Below, in pieces: positions 1 through 12,828 of a stretch of DNA of 64,000 nt. The position numbers were made by a program, and so were the translations under genes. The stretch lies in contig OZ076409.1 of NCBI GenBank assembly GCA_964187785.1, positions 81,098,001 through 81,162,000 on the forward strand. Direction: 5' to 3'. The notes beneath the pieces are model-generated. The model saw only the letters and a list, made by a program, of their open reading frames with translations. It was not told where the DNA came from and did no database searches. This stretch comes from Amphiscolops sp. MND2022 (Eukaryota). Each line of letters begins with the position of its first letter. Position 1 is the stretch's first letter.

Positions 1-564
1 GTCCGTAAATATAGTAACGCCCGTCACCAGCTTAGTTGAGTGACGCTGTCATAACGTTGTAAACATTTACTTAAGATCACTTGACTGCGGTATTAAGTAG
101 ATATTTAGCAACTACTTTAATATTGGAATACATTTCCACTCTATTTTTGTATGTTTTTCCATTTTAGATCTCATGGGCCCCGTTGGGATCTCGGAGTTAA
201 ATGTTGTTTCTGTGTTTTCATTTTAGTGTGGGGCGCCAAAATGATCCCGTTTGCAAAACTATTTAGTATTTAGATTGGAATGGAAAACTCAGAAGATAAA
301 ACCGGAAATAAAACGGCGTTGCGTGTGAAAACATTAGGCCGGAAGTTTTAGCTAGTTTAAAATCATTTCTGAAAATCTTCCGTAACGTTTACGTTGAATT
401 CCGTATTTAGAGAATTATTCGCGCTTATTTAATTGTACTGTAAGTAGAATTCTGATTTGATTAGTTTAATAAAGTTTAAAAGTATTTACTGTGCCCTTGT
501 CCTCTGCCGAATCCCGGTATTCCATAGCAGCAAGTAAAATTACGACCGGGAGCGGGTCGTGACA
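1..564 (+). mobile_element. 3' part of an LTR (solo or 3' LTR; start lies outside the window)
   Basis: AATAAA at 468-473, then ~90 bp ending ...GGGTCGTGACA (CA terminus, with an ACGACC/GGTCGT hairpin just before). No TGG-type PBS follows. The sequence right after 564 starts part-way through the repeat family also seen at 29.9-31.5 kb and 61.3-63.2 kb, which implies an insertion junction. Confidence 0.5.
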
Positions 565-990
565 GTTTCATACTTCTGGTTAAGATACACACGACATTCG
601 GGGTTTGTGTACATACGGTCAGTGCCAAATTTCAGGTCTCTGTGGTTAATAGTCTTCTAGAAACTCGAGAAAATCCAAATGGGGGTGGCATTTTGCAGAA
701 TTTGTCACACTTGGTTTGCTAGTTTAGTATCATTAAAGATTTCAGCTCAAAGGTGAAATTCAGTAAAATTTGCTCCAAGAGATCAACTCTGATTTGCCTA
801 ATAAGCACCTACCTACAAAACACCCTTTGGTCAGCATTTTAAGCCGCTTCTACCAATCCGACGGTCTAGAAGCGTGATAAAAATAAAATAGTTGTTTGTT
901 GTCTGGGCTTCGCGCAAAAACAATAGGATTTTTATAAAAAACGCCACAATCTAAAAAATCGACAAATCTGTAGGACTTGTTTTGGAAAGC
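565..990. repeat. Partial copy of the long LTR-like family (copy 1)
   Basis: Shares ordered motifs with 62440-63150 (same strand) and 29930-30590 (opposite strand): TTCGGGGTT, TGCCAAATTTCA..TTAATAGTCTT, CGACG(G/A)TCTAGAA, TCGCGCAAAA(A/G)CAAT. It has an internal deletion relative to those copies. Confidence 0.6.
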
Positions 991-1547
991 TAAATTAGTT
1001 TTCATTGATATTTTGATTTTCAAAGAATCATTTTTCGAACGTAAAAGTAGAACCTGAAGGGTCCCTTTGGATCACTTCCACAATCAGAGATATTCCAAAT
1101 GATCCTTTCCACCTCGAGTTTCTTTGAAAGATTGATAGATTTTCAAGCCTGAAGCGGATAAGGAATTTGTTCTTTGTTAAGACTGCTGATTAGAAGTTCG
1201 CTTAATTCGGCAATGTGGTTTGTCGTTTGGTCCCGTGCAATGTCCCGCAGCAAGGCAGCAATCATCAGAAAATGTCTAACGTTTCTTCAACCTTGGTGGC
1301 CTATATTCCGACCTTGCCATATTCGTGTTCTTTCGCTGTCTCTGTCAACATGTCGGAAAAACCTACTGAACAACAAGATGCAAAAAGTTCTCTGTGGATT
1401 TTTATCAAGCGAAGCGCTGACTTTGGCTGTTACATACTTTAAAGCTCCAAACTTTTCAACAATAACAGTTTCTATGTCTAGGAGCTCCTAGTGAACATAT
1501 CAGTGTCTATCGCGTTGTTGGCGCACATCTTTGAATAAAGATTCTAC

Positions 1548-1826
1548 CGGCTCTATAAAAGTTTCGCTGAGTTTAGATTGGTCATGGTAAAATTCGCCAA
1601 ATATATTTCACTGGAATTAATGTTCGCATGATTGCCAAGATTAAAGTTGGGACAAAATTACGCCATCCATCTAATTTGACAAAACTACTTCATCGAATTC
1701 GAAAGAACTAGCTTCAATCATGGCCATCTCGACAATCAAATTTTGAACTTTAAACTTTATCGTTGGCGAACCTAATTTGGCGATCTTCAGCTTGGCGAAC
1801 ATTAACTTGGAAAAATACAACGCCCC
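1548..1826. repeat. Degenerate small foldback/MITE-like element
   Basis: TTCGCCAA-like units in the left half and TTGGCGAA units at ~16-bp spacing in the right half (1763-1812). Confidence 0.3.
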
Positions 1827-2151
1827 CTTTCGTGCCTAGACGCTTGAAACAATTAGGATATTATAACGTTTCTAATTTTTGGCCCAATTTTCCAAATGAA
1901 ATGGAAAAATTGCAAATTGAGCTGTTTTTTCCAAATTTTGCGATGTGCATATTCCAACCTAAATGACAGAGGCTTTTGTACAGAAATCATTTTTGAAATT
2001 AGGTCCGTAGGATATGTCATTATTGGAGATATTTGATTTTTTTTGGAAATTTTAGCAACGTTCCAATTTGGTACCCAAATGATGAAGATCCTTACACAAG
2101 TAAACTACAAAAAAGTAGCTTCGTCTCTCTGGAGTTTCGAACATGTTTATA

Positions 2152-4560
2152 AACAAGACGCCCGCCAACAGCGAGATATTTTCCGTCCCAAGCTGTTCTA
2201 CAGCTACACAAATTTGAGGCTAAAGAATAGCCATTGCACTATGAAAACGCAAGGAATTCGCAGAAAAGATTGATCTCAGCCCATTTATTAAGCAAACACT
2301 TATGTTTTAATTTCTGCGATAGCCGGCCACATTTTGTTTTTTTTTCGGCACTATGCGACCTACCGAGTAAAGAGAAAAACACTTTTCGCAATTTTTTGTT
2401 TTTGAGGATTTCTAAAAGAAATAAGATTCTTGAAGTTACCGAGTCTCGAGGATGACCTCTTTGTTACTTTTGATCATATGGAACAGATAAGTTTTCTTTT
2501 TGACTGTGAAAAATGCCTCATTTCAGTTTTTTCGGCTCTGTGTTTCTTTCCGAAACTCTCATTTGGTCGAAGGGTACCCCCTTCTTTTCATAGTTGACAT
2601 CGGCTTGAGAAAAGAAGCTTTCTGAGCTGGAACTTGTTTCGCAATCATAGGAGGTTACCAAAAAATCGAAAAATTGGATTTTTTGTTATTCCTGTTGGAG
2701 TAAAAGTGGTTTCCGAGTCTCCGGCGTAATTCTTGGGGTAATTTTTGGCACTGAGAAAACGGTAAACTCTTCAAACTAGGTCCTTTGCAAAATTAAAAAA
2801 CTTGAGCGGTCCCAGTTTGTTATATTATTGCACATAGGTTAACCAGAAGTGTCAAAAGTTGGAAGTATTTTCGACAGCTTTGGGGTCAATTTGAGGAATT
2901 TTTCTGACATGAATCTACAGATGTCTCTTCAAAACTAAGCCTATTGGACACCGAGTTTAGCTGTTGTTGAATGTTTATTCTTTTGTTCCCGTTGCAGTTA
3001 TATCTTCAAAATTGACTACTGGCGAATTTTCAACCATTTTATGCCAGGAAGTACAGAAGTTACTTGAAAAGTGAAAAAAATTGAAAATTCTGCTTTTTTT
3101 GAAGATTGAGTTTTTGCAATTTATTGGGTCATTCTGGGGAAACTTTCTTCCATAAAAGATGCAAGTTTCTCTATTAAAGACGTGCCGTGGACCTAATTAC
3201 ATCATGTGGAGGTTTTCGAAGATTTTATCGAACCAAAATTGTTCAATCTCAAATAAAAAATCACTGAAAAGGTCGGAAATCAAAAAAAAATTCGACATTT
3301 TCTGCTTTCCAACCGAAGTCTGCAAACATTCCTGTAAAAGCCCACTGGTTTTTGAATTCAATCTTTGTTGAACATTTGTCAACGTTCTGTCTGCAAAACT
3401 ATTCAAAAAGTACACATAAGTTGCATAAAAGCGAGAATTTTGAAACGTTTCGACTCGTTCTGAGTGTTTCTGATGTGTTTTTGAAGCAAAAGGCTGCAAC
3501 GTTCTCCTCAAAAATTGTAAAGAAAATCTCGTTATTTCGTGTTTGATTGTGTTGGAGCTTAGAACGAAAGCTCTCGGAAATCGACAGATATTGCATCAAA
3601 CAGGACAAAAACTCTTTCGACAATTTCAGGGTTTATTTGAGGTAGTTTTCTTTTACAAATTGCAGCGATCCCTTGACGAAAACTCAAAAAAAACAACATT
3701 TCTCATTGTTTAGGGGTTTTAACGTTCTTGGTAACGAAGTTTATTGATAGTTTGGGAAAAATTTAAGGAAGATGACGAAATTTGGAAACTTTTCCAATTT
3801 TTGTCTTTTTTGATGTCAATTCCAGACAGGTTTCAATTGAAAAACTGCATGAGTCACTTCACTAAGCTAACGGGAAAACACATTCTTTCTTTGTTGAGGC
3901 CTTTCTATGTGCAGGCTACGAAGTCTGTCGAAAATTAGAAAAAATGCATATGAACTTTGAAAAAAAATTTTGGGCCTTTCGTCATTTTCGGTGTCAATGT
4001 GAGACATTTTTTCAGAAAAAACTGCAATTATCTCTTCATAAAAGACTACTGGAAAACCATTTTTCTCTTTGTTGACGCTTTTAAACATTACAATTCACAA
4101 AGCGTGTGGAAAGTTTAACAAAAACTGCATAAAAACTTTGAGAATGTGAAAATTTCACGTTCATGTCCTTCTCGGTGTCAATTTGAGCTTTTTTCGTTCA
4201 GAAAATTGCAATTACTCTTCATAAAAGCCCACTGGACAACGAATTTAAGCCATATTGAGCATTCTCAACATTCTAATTCACGATTCTATCGAAAAATTGA
4301 CAAAAAGTGTTTTGAAACCTCAAAAATTGGAAATTTCTGCAGTTTTTCTCATTTTTGGGGTCATTTTTGGGTCATTCTGGGGTTACTGGGGTCAACTGAG
4401 AAAGTCCAGAAATCTCGACAAATACATATCGCACGAAGCTAATTTTATATGAGTTTAATTCTATGGGTAGCACACGTAAAGATAAATGTAAATTTGGTGC
4501 TGGACAAATTTTGTAACAAAACCGTTTGATTTAAATATATCCCTTTCCCATATGGGAAAT
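2152..4560 (-). mobile_element. HINE-like family 2, long degenerate copy with internal ~190-bp tandem units
   Basis: Starts AACAAGACGCCCGC..GCGAGATATTTTCCGTCCC and ends ACCGTTTGATTTAAATAT..CCTTTCCCATATG. Collinear with 45845-48638 and 58246-59192. Confidence 0.65.
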
Positions 4561-5058
4561 TTCAACAATTGAGTTAACTGTTTCCATCTACAATTCCAAA
4601 GATCTATTAATTTTGTTTGCTCTGAACTATAACTTTCCGAAATGAACTGTCAGTCGTTTGTGTTTGTACATTGACGTAGTCTATGAATTCGCGGTAGAAA
4701 CTATCCTTTCTTTTCGTTTATCAGTTACACCAAGTGTTGACTGCTAGATTGGAATGAAATAACTGGAAAAAGAAACTTTTGTTGCAAAGAGTTCATGGAA
4801 TATTGCATAGGTACATTTTCAAGGTACATTTTCCTTTGGAAATGTTTCCATTACTTACCTTTATGTCAGACCGAAGTTCAAAAAAAAATTAAATCATATG
4901 CAGTAAAATTATTCAGACTAGAAATAATTACCGTTAATTCAATTCGCGATTGTTCATTTTCAAGTGCGACGAAGAAGAAAAAATTTTTTCGAAATTCTGC
5001 GGGGTGGACGCCTTGCCTAATAGGCAGTTTAGGTTTTCTAAAACAGCGCCCGTTTTTG

Positions 5059-5692
5059 TTTTTAGTCGGCGCTTCATGAAGTGAAACGCGACTATTATAG
5101 TGACTCTTTTTTTTCTATCCACATGAAGTTCTACAAAATATTATGGTGTCAAATTGCACCATTTGGCCTAGCGAACTGGACCAAAATGGTTTTACCTGTT
5201 TTTCCGTGTAACATACCATACCGGGCGAGACCAAAGAGTCCCCCCTTTCAATTTTTTTCGGCACTGCGAGACATTTTTTTTCGGAATTTTTTTTCGAAAT
5301 TTTTTTTCCTCAAAGGGTCCCCCCTGCATTTTTTTGATGATTTGCGACAGAATGGATGGATGTTGGAAAATCCCAAAGGGTTCCTCCTTTCAGTTTTTTT
5401 CGGCATTGTGAGATTTTTTCCCGAAAATAAAAAAAAATTTTTTCAATTTTTTCATGTTTTGCGACAGAATGGATGTTGAAAAACCTCAAAGGGTCCCCCC
5501 TTTCAGTTTTTCGGCATTGTGAGACGTTAGCGCGCCACTCGGTCCATTTTTTTAGTATGTAATTTTTTCAAAAAAAAAATTCGAAAAATTTTCGATTTTC
5601 GACTACTGTAAAAGAATACTTGACACTTGGAAGTCTTTTTGATATTTTTGAGCCTTGGATATGGCGCCGACTTGGGCCGGTCCCGGCTTGTT
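5059..5692 (+). mobile_element. HINE-like family 1, complete copy
   Basis: T-run plus subTIR AGTCGGCGC (5064-5072); inverted subTIR GCGCCGACT (5664-5672); 3' stem-loop GCCG-gtcc-CGGC; CTTGTT end in a T-run; internal AAAGGGTCCCCC/TTTTTCGGCA repeat units. Confidence 0.8.
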
Positions 5693-6145
5693 TTTTCTCG
5701 CAATGCGAACTTTGTCATCATCATTCTACTAAGCTAGGAAAGAACTTGATCAAATCCCAACAGTGGGCGTTGAAAGCAATTCCAACATCGAATATGCATC
5801 AAAACAAAGGCTTATTGCCATAACCACTGTGCTTTGATCTCAAAAGAAATAAAAATTGAACTTTTATTAGTTTTTTTCACATTTTCTTCATTGAGAGTTT
5901 TTCACATAAAAAAAGTTGCTGAGTTGCTTAAGTAGTCATTTATTCTGTTGTTTCAATTTTCTTTATCTTGATGCACAAAAAACATTCAAAAACTGTATAA
6001 AATATGCAAAGTTTTTTAAAAATCGAAGTATGAACTTATATTAGTTGGACCATTTGATGCAACAGAAAAAAAAATTCGGAAAAAGTCGCTCGGTTCCGAA
6101 AAAAGTTTCACTCTTTGATCCTACGAAAACTTTCAGACAAAACAC

Positions 6146-6214
6146 AGCCCTGACTCGGGTTCAAACCCAAGACTGGGAAGCAAGCATCCTAACCACTACG
6201 CCGAGTAACGGCCA
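6146..6214 (-). repeat. tRNA-Gly-derived segment (SINE-head-like, not an intact tRNA)
   Basis: Minus strand reads GGCGTAGTGGTTAGGATGCTTGCTTCCCA..GGGTTTGAACCC: A-box-like and B-box-like motifs with the 3' anticodon arm deleted. Similar to 21607-21673. Confidence 0.45.
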
Positions 6215-6877
6215 AGCGAAATTAACAAACTCGGTTCAAAATTTGGACCAATCAGTGTAAGGTCTGTTGTCTGACAACAAAAACATCAATAGGCGCTGTG
6301 GCACTGTGCAGTTTTTCGTCTACTGTTACAGCAAATAGTCAAAGGACTTTCTATGTTAAAAATTTTCTTTGCAGAAATATAACAAAACACGAACTTGCAA
6401 TTTTTTCTGAATGTTTCAGCAAAAACGTCGGAAAGTGTCGGAATTACCCAAAAGTGTGACTCCTTAAATTCAAGAAACGCATTTTCTAAGCTGAAAGCTC
6501 TTAAAAACCCGAAACACCAAATATCCAGTGAAATGAGAAAAAGATCGTGAAAAGTCGCAGAGAATCAAAATAGTTGTAGGCCTTTTCGACAACTTTTGGA
6601 AAATCTCTCATCAGTTCTACAGGGCCAAAAAGGAACAGAAGAGTTTACACTTATTTAAGAAATCCTTAAACAACCAAAACATTGATTGAAATTTTCTGTC
6701 GAGAAAAAGTCTTGAATGGGCTGCAAAATGCCAAAAAACACTTTAGGTTTGCAAAACGCTTTGTTTGCGCTAAAAACAAAATTTGTTTTTGTTAAATCAA
6801 AATCGCATCATTTTATTATGATAATCCCGGAAAAACCCTTTGGTCTCTCCTCTGCATTTCCAAGCATGAAAAAAGTT

Positions 6878-6960
6878 TGTCCAGCGTGAGACTCAAACCC
6901 ACGTACATGGAGAGAAACTGAGTCGTCACGCAGAGAAACTCTCCTTGACCTCTATGCCGA
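6878..6960 (-). repeat. Degenerate type-II tRNA (Leu/Ser)-like segment
   Basis: Minus strand CGGCATAGAGGTCAAGG...CTCCATGTACGTGGGTTTGAGTCTCACGCTGGACA followed by a T-run. A/B-box spacing fits a long variable arm. Confidence 0.3.
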
Positions 6961-7659
6961 GGGGAAAGTATTCTCCATCGATTGCAGTAGGTATTAGCAG
7001 GAGAAAGCGATGAAGGAAAAGGAAGAAAAAAATCCCGTGTCACAAAAACAGAAAACAGAACCTTCCGCTGTAATAGTTGGCTACTTTTTGAAAATTTTAG
7101 AGCGAGGGTCATTTGAAAAACAGCCAAAATTAACAATTGTCAGGGCTCTTAGCAAGTAAAGGTATGGAAGTGATTCGAAAACATGAGATTCATATTGAAA
7201 GAATATGAAAAACAGTTTCAAAAAATCAACGGGAAACAGCAACAACGTCTGAAAGTTCATCGGACTGTTCCTGAGTTACACCTTAGCTATTTGCACTGAT
7301 CAACGAAAAGTTTTATCAATATCTTTCATCTCACAAACTGGAAGTTTTCATGGGGACTAGCAACGAGAAACCTCAAAAGCCATATTTTTTATTGCGATTT
7401 TCTGTAAGAATTTCAGCATGGTTACATTGTTTGATACGATCGTGCCCCGGTCTTACCGCCACAGGCGTGTTAAATCGCGTATTGCGATGGTCACGTTGAA
7501 CGATCATACAATGCTGATTTTAGTGGGCGCATTTCAGCAGAACATGCGCACCACTTTTATAGCGGCATGTTTTTTGTCAGATGAAATTCTCATTCTGAAT
7601 GGCTCACTTTTTGTACAATCTCCGCCAGACACTCCTGCGGCGGCCGTGGCCGAGTTCGC

Positions 7660-8080
7660 TATATTCGAGTTTTGGCGTTATATTCGAAGTAAGTTGCGTC
7701 TCATTAAAAAAGAGGTGAAAAAAATAAAATTTTGCGCTATATCCTATTTTGTGACATAATATTCGAACTATATTGCGTTTTACTAATGAGGAGATGGATG
7801 TTCGAAAAAAATTGTTTCTATTGGTCCCAGCACGTTATACTCGAAATTTTCACGTGATATTCGAAGTAAATTGCGTTTTACTAAGGAGGAAGTGGAGGTT
7901 TGAAATATATCCGAGTTTTGACGTTATATCCGTAGCAATTCTTTGCCGTAGGTTCTTTGCCGTATATCCGTAGGTTTTATTCGTGGGAATTGCTTATATT
8001 GCACTGTGAACATATTTTAAAATTTCTGCGCTTTTTGAGTTTAAGCGGGGCGCCGATTTGAGACGTTCCCATCCTGTGCT
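7660..8080 (+). mobile_element. HINE-like family 1, 3' fragment
   Basis: Ends GGGGCGCCGATTTGAGACGTTCCCATCCTGT. Contains repeated ATATTCGAAGTAA.TTGCGT units that also occur in the 20.4, 29.1, 41.7 and 59.7 kb copies. Confidence 0.65.
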
Positions 8081-8279
8081 TAAGTAGGCTCTAGATGTGC
8101 AACGATAAGCAGTAAACGTCGCTTCTGCCGTTGATAGAGGCGGAGGAACTCACGGGGATGGACAAGTGCCCGGGACAGGTTGCCATCGCCATAAGCTAAT
8201 TTTGCTTCCAAAGGTGAAACGTGTCTCGTCAAGCAGGAAGTCCCGCTTCGTAGGAGCACTTGCCGACCCAGTCTACTAT

Positions 8280-10030
8280 ACCAGTCTGTTACTGCTATCA
8301 GTGACGAGCATCGTGCTCTTTTCTTCAGGATAGCCTTCAAAAACGTGGGTGACAATCAGTGAATTTCTCGATTTGATCGCATGTAAAGCAAGAATTAGTA
8401 GCTCGCGTGCTAACATGTCATGAAAGCATGATAATTTACAACATTTTTGGCAATGTACAGAAAAAAGTAATGGGACACAAGCACCGTATGCTAAATTAAG
8501 CAGAAAGACTCATTTTCATTTTTTATTTTCCATTAGTAGCAACATGCTAAGCGGTACGCGAGTTTTGGTCCAAATTCAGTCTCAGTGTAATAAGCACTCC
8601 GTTAATTGAACCTTTTAACGTATGGTAGCTCTTTTTTCGGATCTACTTTTGGGTGTCCCTGTCTCTTTTTTTGTGAGTTCGACCTTTTCAATTTTTGGGA
8701 CTGGTATTTGGACTGACACGGTCACCATTAGCGGCAAATTATAGTCTCTTCGATTTTTTAAACTTTTGAGCATGTCTGTATGATAGTGAGACGTTACAAT
8801 GTTTGACTTGAAACATTTCAAAATGTCTTTATATACTTCATTTACAGCTGTAACAAGACCCCGTGTGAACTTATGTGTTCCCAAGGTTGGGTATCCGCCA
8901 GACTTTGACAGGGCTGATGATGATTAATTACACACGTTCAACGGATATATTTAGTAAATGTTTCACTGATTTTCATTTCCCTTATAGTGATAATCAATTT
9001 CGTATTATGTATTGGATTTCACTTTCTCACTATGAAATATTCCTTCATTCAAGAAGTGACATAAAGTTAGATAGCAAAATTAATATAACAAAATGATTTG
9101 AAAATTGATTACGCGGAGCAGCAAAATTACTAAGAAATTTCTTATAGATTTTTCAACTAGCTTTTTTGCATCATTCATTAGCCTGGGGTCACTGAAAGAT
9201 TATGAATTTATCTGTTTGATGTAAATAGTTGCAAAAATTTATCCCATTTCTCAACTCCTACGCAAGATAGCTGGTAAAAGTAAGTATATTGGGATGTAGA
9301 CCGCTCGGTGAAAGTAAATTGTCTAGTACAGCCTGTGTAATATAGCACATACAGTATATGTACATGGTATGTACAAATGGTATGAAGGCAAATTACCGTT
9401 GCTGTAATTTGTGGAAATGGTAATATGCTAAAATGAAATTGTTATTTGTGAGCAGATTGATTGGCTACTTCTTTCATCCTTCTTTTTCCTTCTCTTTTCT
9501 ACATCTAATGCCTTGAATTAAATAAAATCTAGCACGGCATGTTTTTGTTAACTAGAATTTTGTACGTATGTAAACTGCAGATACAGCTCACAAGATGTCA
9601 TACGGCCGCATTTATCGTATTTGCAAAATTATTCTTCACTTTTGTCCTTAAGCCAAGAATGAAATAGTAGTGAAAACTAATTGCAATTGGTAACGGTACA
9701 AAAGAAAGCATTCTGGAATAGACTGACATTAGAAAGCAGATCAATTTAACAGCCTCGCCGCGACTGCTGAAGTGGAATTTAAAGAGATTTTTTTCTCAAC
9801 AACGCCGCACCTTTTTCTAACTGAGATAATTGCAGAAATGCCGCCTTTCAATCACTACCTCGGCCTCTTATTATTACCGCGTTTGCAGCCAAATTAACGA
9901 GCAAAATGCGCACTTGTTGAAAATTATTACTTTTATGATCTATAGACGACATCCTCTCTTGTATTTCCGTTTTCTTTCCTCTTTCTTGTCTCTCACGCAG
10001 TGGTTGGTAACAAATAACGTACCTTCCTAA
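8280..10030 (-). pseudogene. Possible decayed multi-exon host gene (unknown product)
   Basis: Non-repetitive sequence with several AG acceptors followed by protein-like frames (e.g. LSKSGGYPTLGTHKFTRG...EKRATIR at ~8913-8618; YPEEKSTMLVTDSSNRLV* at ~8335-8280). Neighbouring candidate exons contain stops. No domain recognised. Confidence 0.2.
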
Positions 10031-11289
10031 TACCATGCGCAACACACACAAGTAGTGTGTCAGCTAGACCCACGAAGGCACTATACCATCTTGTGGTACA
10101 CCACGCCATAGTTTATCCCATATACCTGTTAGCTGCTCTTACTTCTGGCCGGGAAAAGTGAAATTGAAGGCTTTAACTTCTTCCTATTGGTTAATATCTA
10201 ATAGACAGACAAGAAATTGCAAAAAGATGGCGGTCGTTGAAACACGACGAAACTTAAATCGGCGCAGTAACTGACTAACTAACTCAATACTTAACTCAGC
10301 TACTTCTATGTAATCTTGTGCACGTCACGGTTGATTGATTGATAATTTTTGTGCAACCTAATGCTAAAACTACCTGTACCCTCGATGCGAGGTGCACGCT
10401 GCCTTTTACCAACAACTTACCATCACAGAGTTTACGACTAACGTCCTTCCATTCCAAGGCGCTGCAGCAAACTAGTTTGTCATCAACCTTGCGAGTGAAG
10501 CCTAGTCCGTCTGCGCTGAGAAAAACTCAATATTTTAATTATCCAATTTTTCCATTGCAACTTTATCGACTAGTCAGTTTTCCTTCCTAATAACTCGCTA
10601 ATTCCAATCCGTTTCTCGGCTACTCAATGCGTCTGCGTTGTTAGCTGCAGATTGCTAATCCTCGAAAATATCGACTGTTATTGAATAGTATTACTTTTTT
10701 GCATAACGAGAGCAAAATTTAGTTCAAACCCAAGTCCACCATGTTTTGTTCACATGTCGCCGAGTTTCAATTATTCTATCAGTTACTGTTGAATTTCAAA
10801 CTCTGTCTGACATTGGCGAACCAGAAAGAAAGGGCTTTTGGGTTACCCTGTTCAAGCTGAGAATCGAACACGGTTTCTCTTATTTTACGGGAAGTAGCGC
10901 AAAATCTTATTTATATCCGGTAAGTTTGCCTGAAATCCAAACTTTCACTGTAGACTTGACCGAGTCCAGTTTAGATTGTGGAAATAATATGTTGAAAAAA
11001 ATTTTTTGATGTCACCCACCAGGCATGCTTCCCAAATTTATTAGGAGGTAGTCTTGCATATCTGCATGGATATGGGGGAAAGACAATAAAGTTTTTCAAA
11101 ACCTCAGTTTTTATCGAGATTTTTTCTCAGTGTTTCAAGTCGTAGTTCGTGAGTAGAATAAATGTTTCTCATTTTGTTATCTTCAAAGCAATCCTTGTTC
11201 AAACAACTTGAAATGTTTTCATGTTTTTGAAGGTTGCCAACGACTTAGCTAAGTTTGAAAGTTTGACAAGTTTGATGAGATATTTGCAT

Positions 11290-11776
11290 TTCCGTGAAGC
11301 CCTTGGTAAGAATCTTGGTTAGACTCTTATCATCCTAAATTCTGAAAGATCTTACAAGACTTGCTAATGGTTTCACGAGAAAAGCTAGCAGAGTAAACAA
11401 AAATGAACAAAAACCGCTGCCAACTGCACCTTGATCAGCGTACTTATTATGCAACCGCTGTTCACACTACCAACCAAGCTATCACGTCCTGAAAATCACA
11501 ACTTTGTGTTGTTTTATAACCGAGACTTCAGAATAATAGCTGGTAGTGCCTATAGTAGCAAGGTAGTAGTAAACATTTTTTGTTTTGTTTTTGTAGGGTA
11601 AAGATTACCGTTATGTTCTTGACAGTACTTTGACAAAGACTTATCAGTAAAATTTAAGAAGTTTGTGTGGAGCAAGAATGAACAATATCTTACCAAGACT
11701 TTCAGGAGTTACTGGGAATGTGTAAGATTAGATTATGCAACATCTTGTCAAGAGTTTCAAGATATTTTGGACTGGG
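11290..11776. repeat. Degenerate foldback element of the CAAGATCTTG type
   Basis: CTTGGTAAGAATCTTGG and the inverted ATCTTACCAAG / ATCTTGTCAAG units; ends GACTGGG; resembles 44258-45210. Confidence 0.3.
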
Positions 11777-12447
11777 ATTTTCTAACACTCATAAGGAAAC
11801 TTCCATGCATTCATATTTCCCTGATGTATTTGACTTTTGTCGACCTATTAGAAAAAGGTTTCTGGATTTAGTGGCGAAGCGAAATTTTTGCAAGTTTCAC
11901 CTAAAAGCAGTTCTTCTCTTTTGAGGAGATAGCTTTGTTGTTATCAGTTTTATCGCTATTTCAATAGAATTTGAATTCAATCTCAAATTAAACTGTTATC
12001 TAGTGTCTGTTCAGCGTGGTATTTGGAAAGCGGTGATTATTTTAGATGACTTGTTGAGAAGTCACAGTTTGAAAACAATGTCATCATATCTTGAACATTG
12101 TGCTTGCAGCATAATGATTTTTAAATGAAACCTAGAAAGTTCAGTAGGCTTCCTGTGGTAGATTTTGTGAAATTACACAGCAGTTCCACTATTACAATTG
12201 GAATCAAAAATATTTCCTACTTCGTCACCGACACGAACTTGTGTTTTCACATTTTGACTTCCTTACTACTCATCTGATATAACCATTATTTTTAAGATGG
12301 CATGCTGAAGGTGAGACAAGTTTGCAGTGACTGAATTTAAAATGTCGGCAAATATTCTAAAAAGTTTTAGCTGCTCATGAAAATAAAATTGATTCATATA
12401 GTAAGACTTGGAATGCAGGAAATTGATGTGATTCTTCTGATTATTAG

Positions 12448-12828
12448 TTTCCGACCTCACATTTTTAAAACGGGGGAGGAAAATCATGATCTGTGACGCG
12501 TTATTTTTCCAAATTTTGCCAAATCTCCACAATCTCCACTTTTTGATTACTTGACTATTTTATATAGCTATTAGTAACTAAAATAGTCAAGTAACTAAAA
12601 TAGCATACAGCCGGATTATTATCTAAAGTAAAAAAAGGGAATAAGACCTAAAGGGTATATGATCTAAAATTTCAGGGCGGGAATAAGATCTAAAAGGAAT
12701 AAGATCTAAAATCACTAAATTTGAGATCTTATTCTTTAGATCCTATTCCCCCTCCCAAAATAGCTATGGCTCAGTTGGCGAAGGCGAACAGGGCGGAAAA
12801 TATCCCGGTGCTTAGCGGGCGTCTTGTT
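12448..12828 (+). mobile_element. HINE-like family 2, short variant with a nested GGAATAAGATCTAAA mini-foldback (~12610-12755)
   Basis: 3' end GGGCGGAAAATATCCCGGTGCTTAGCGGGCGTCTTGTT; TGCCAAATCTC core; ACTTGACTATTTT units. Collinear with 43851-44048. Confidence 0.7.

Noticed and set aside
1174..1491. 105-aa ORF
   Set aside because: TTG start, no motifs, and alternative frames on both strands contain stops.
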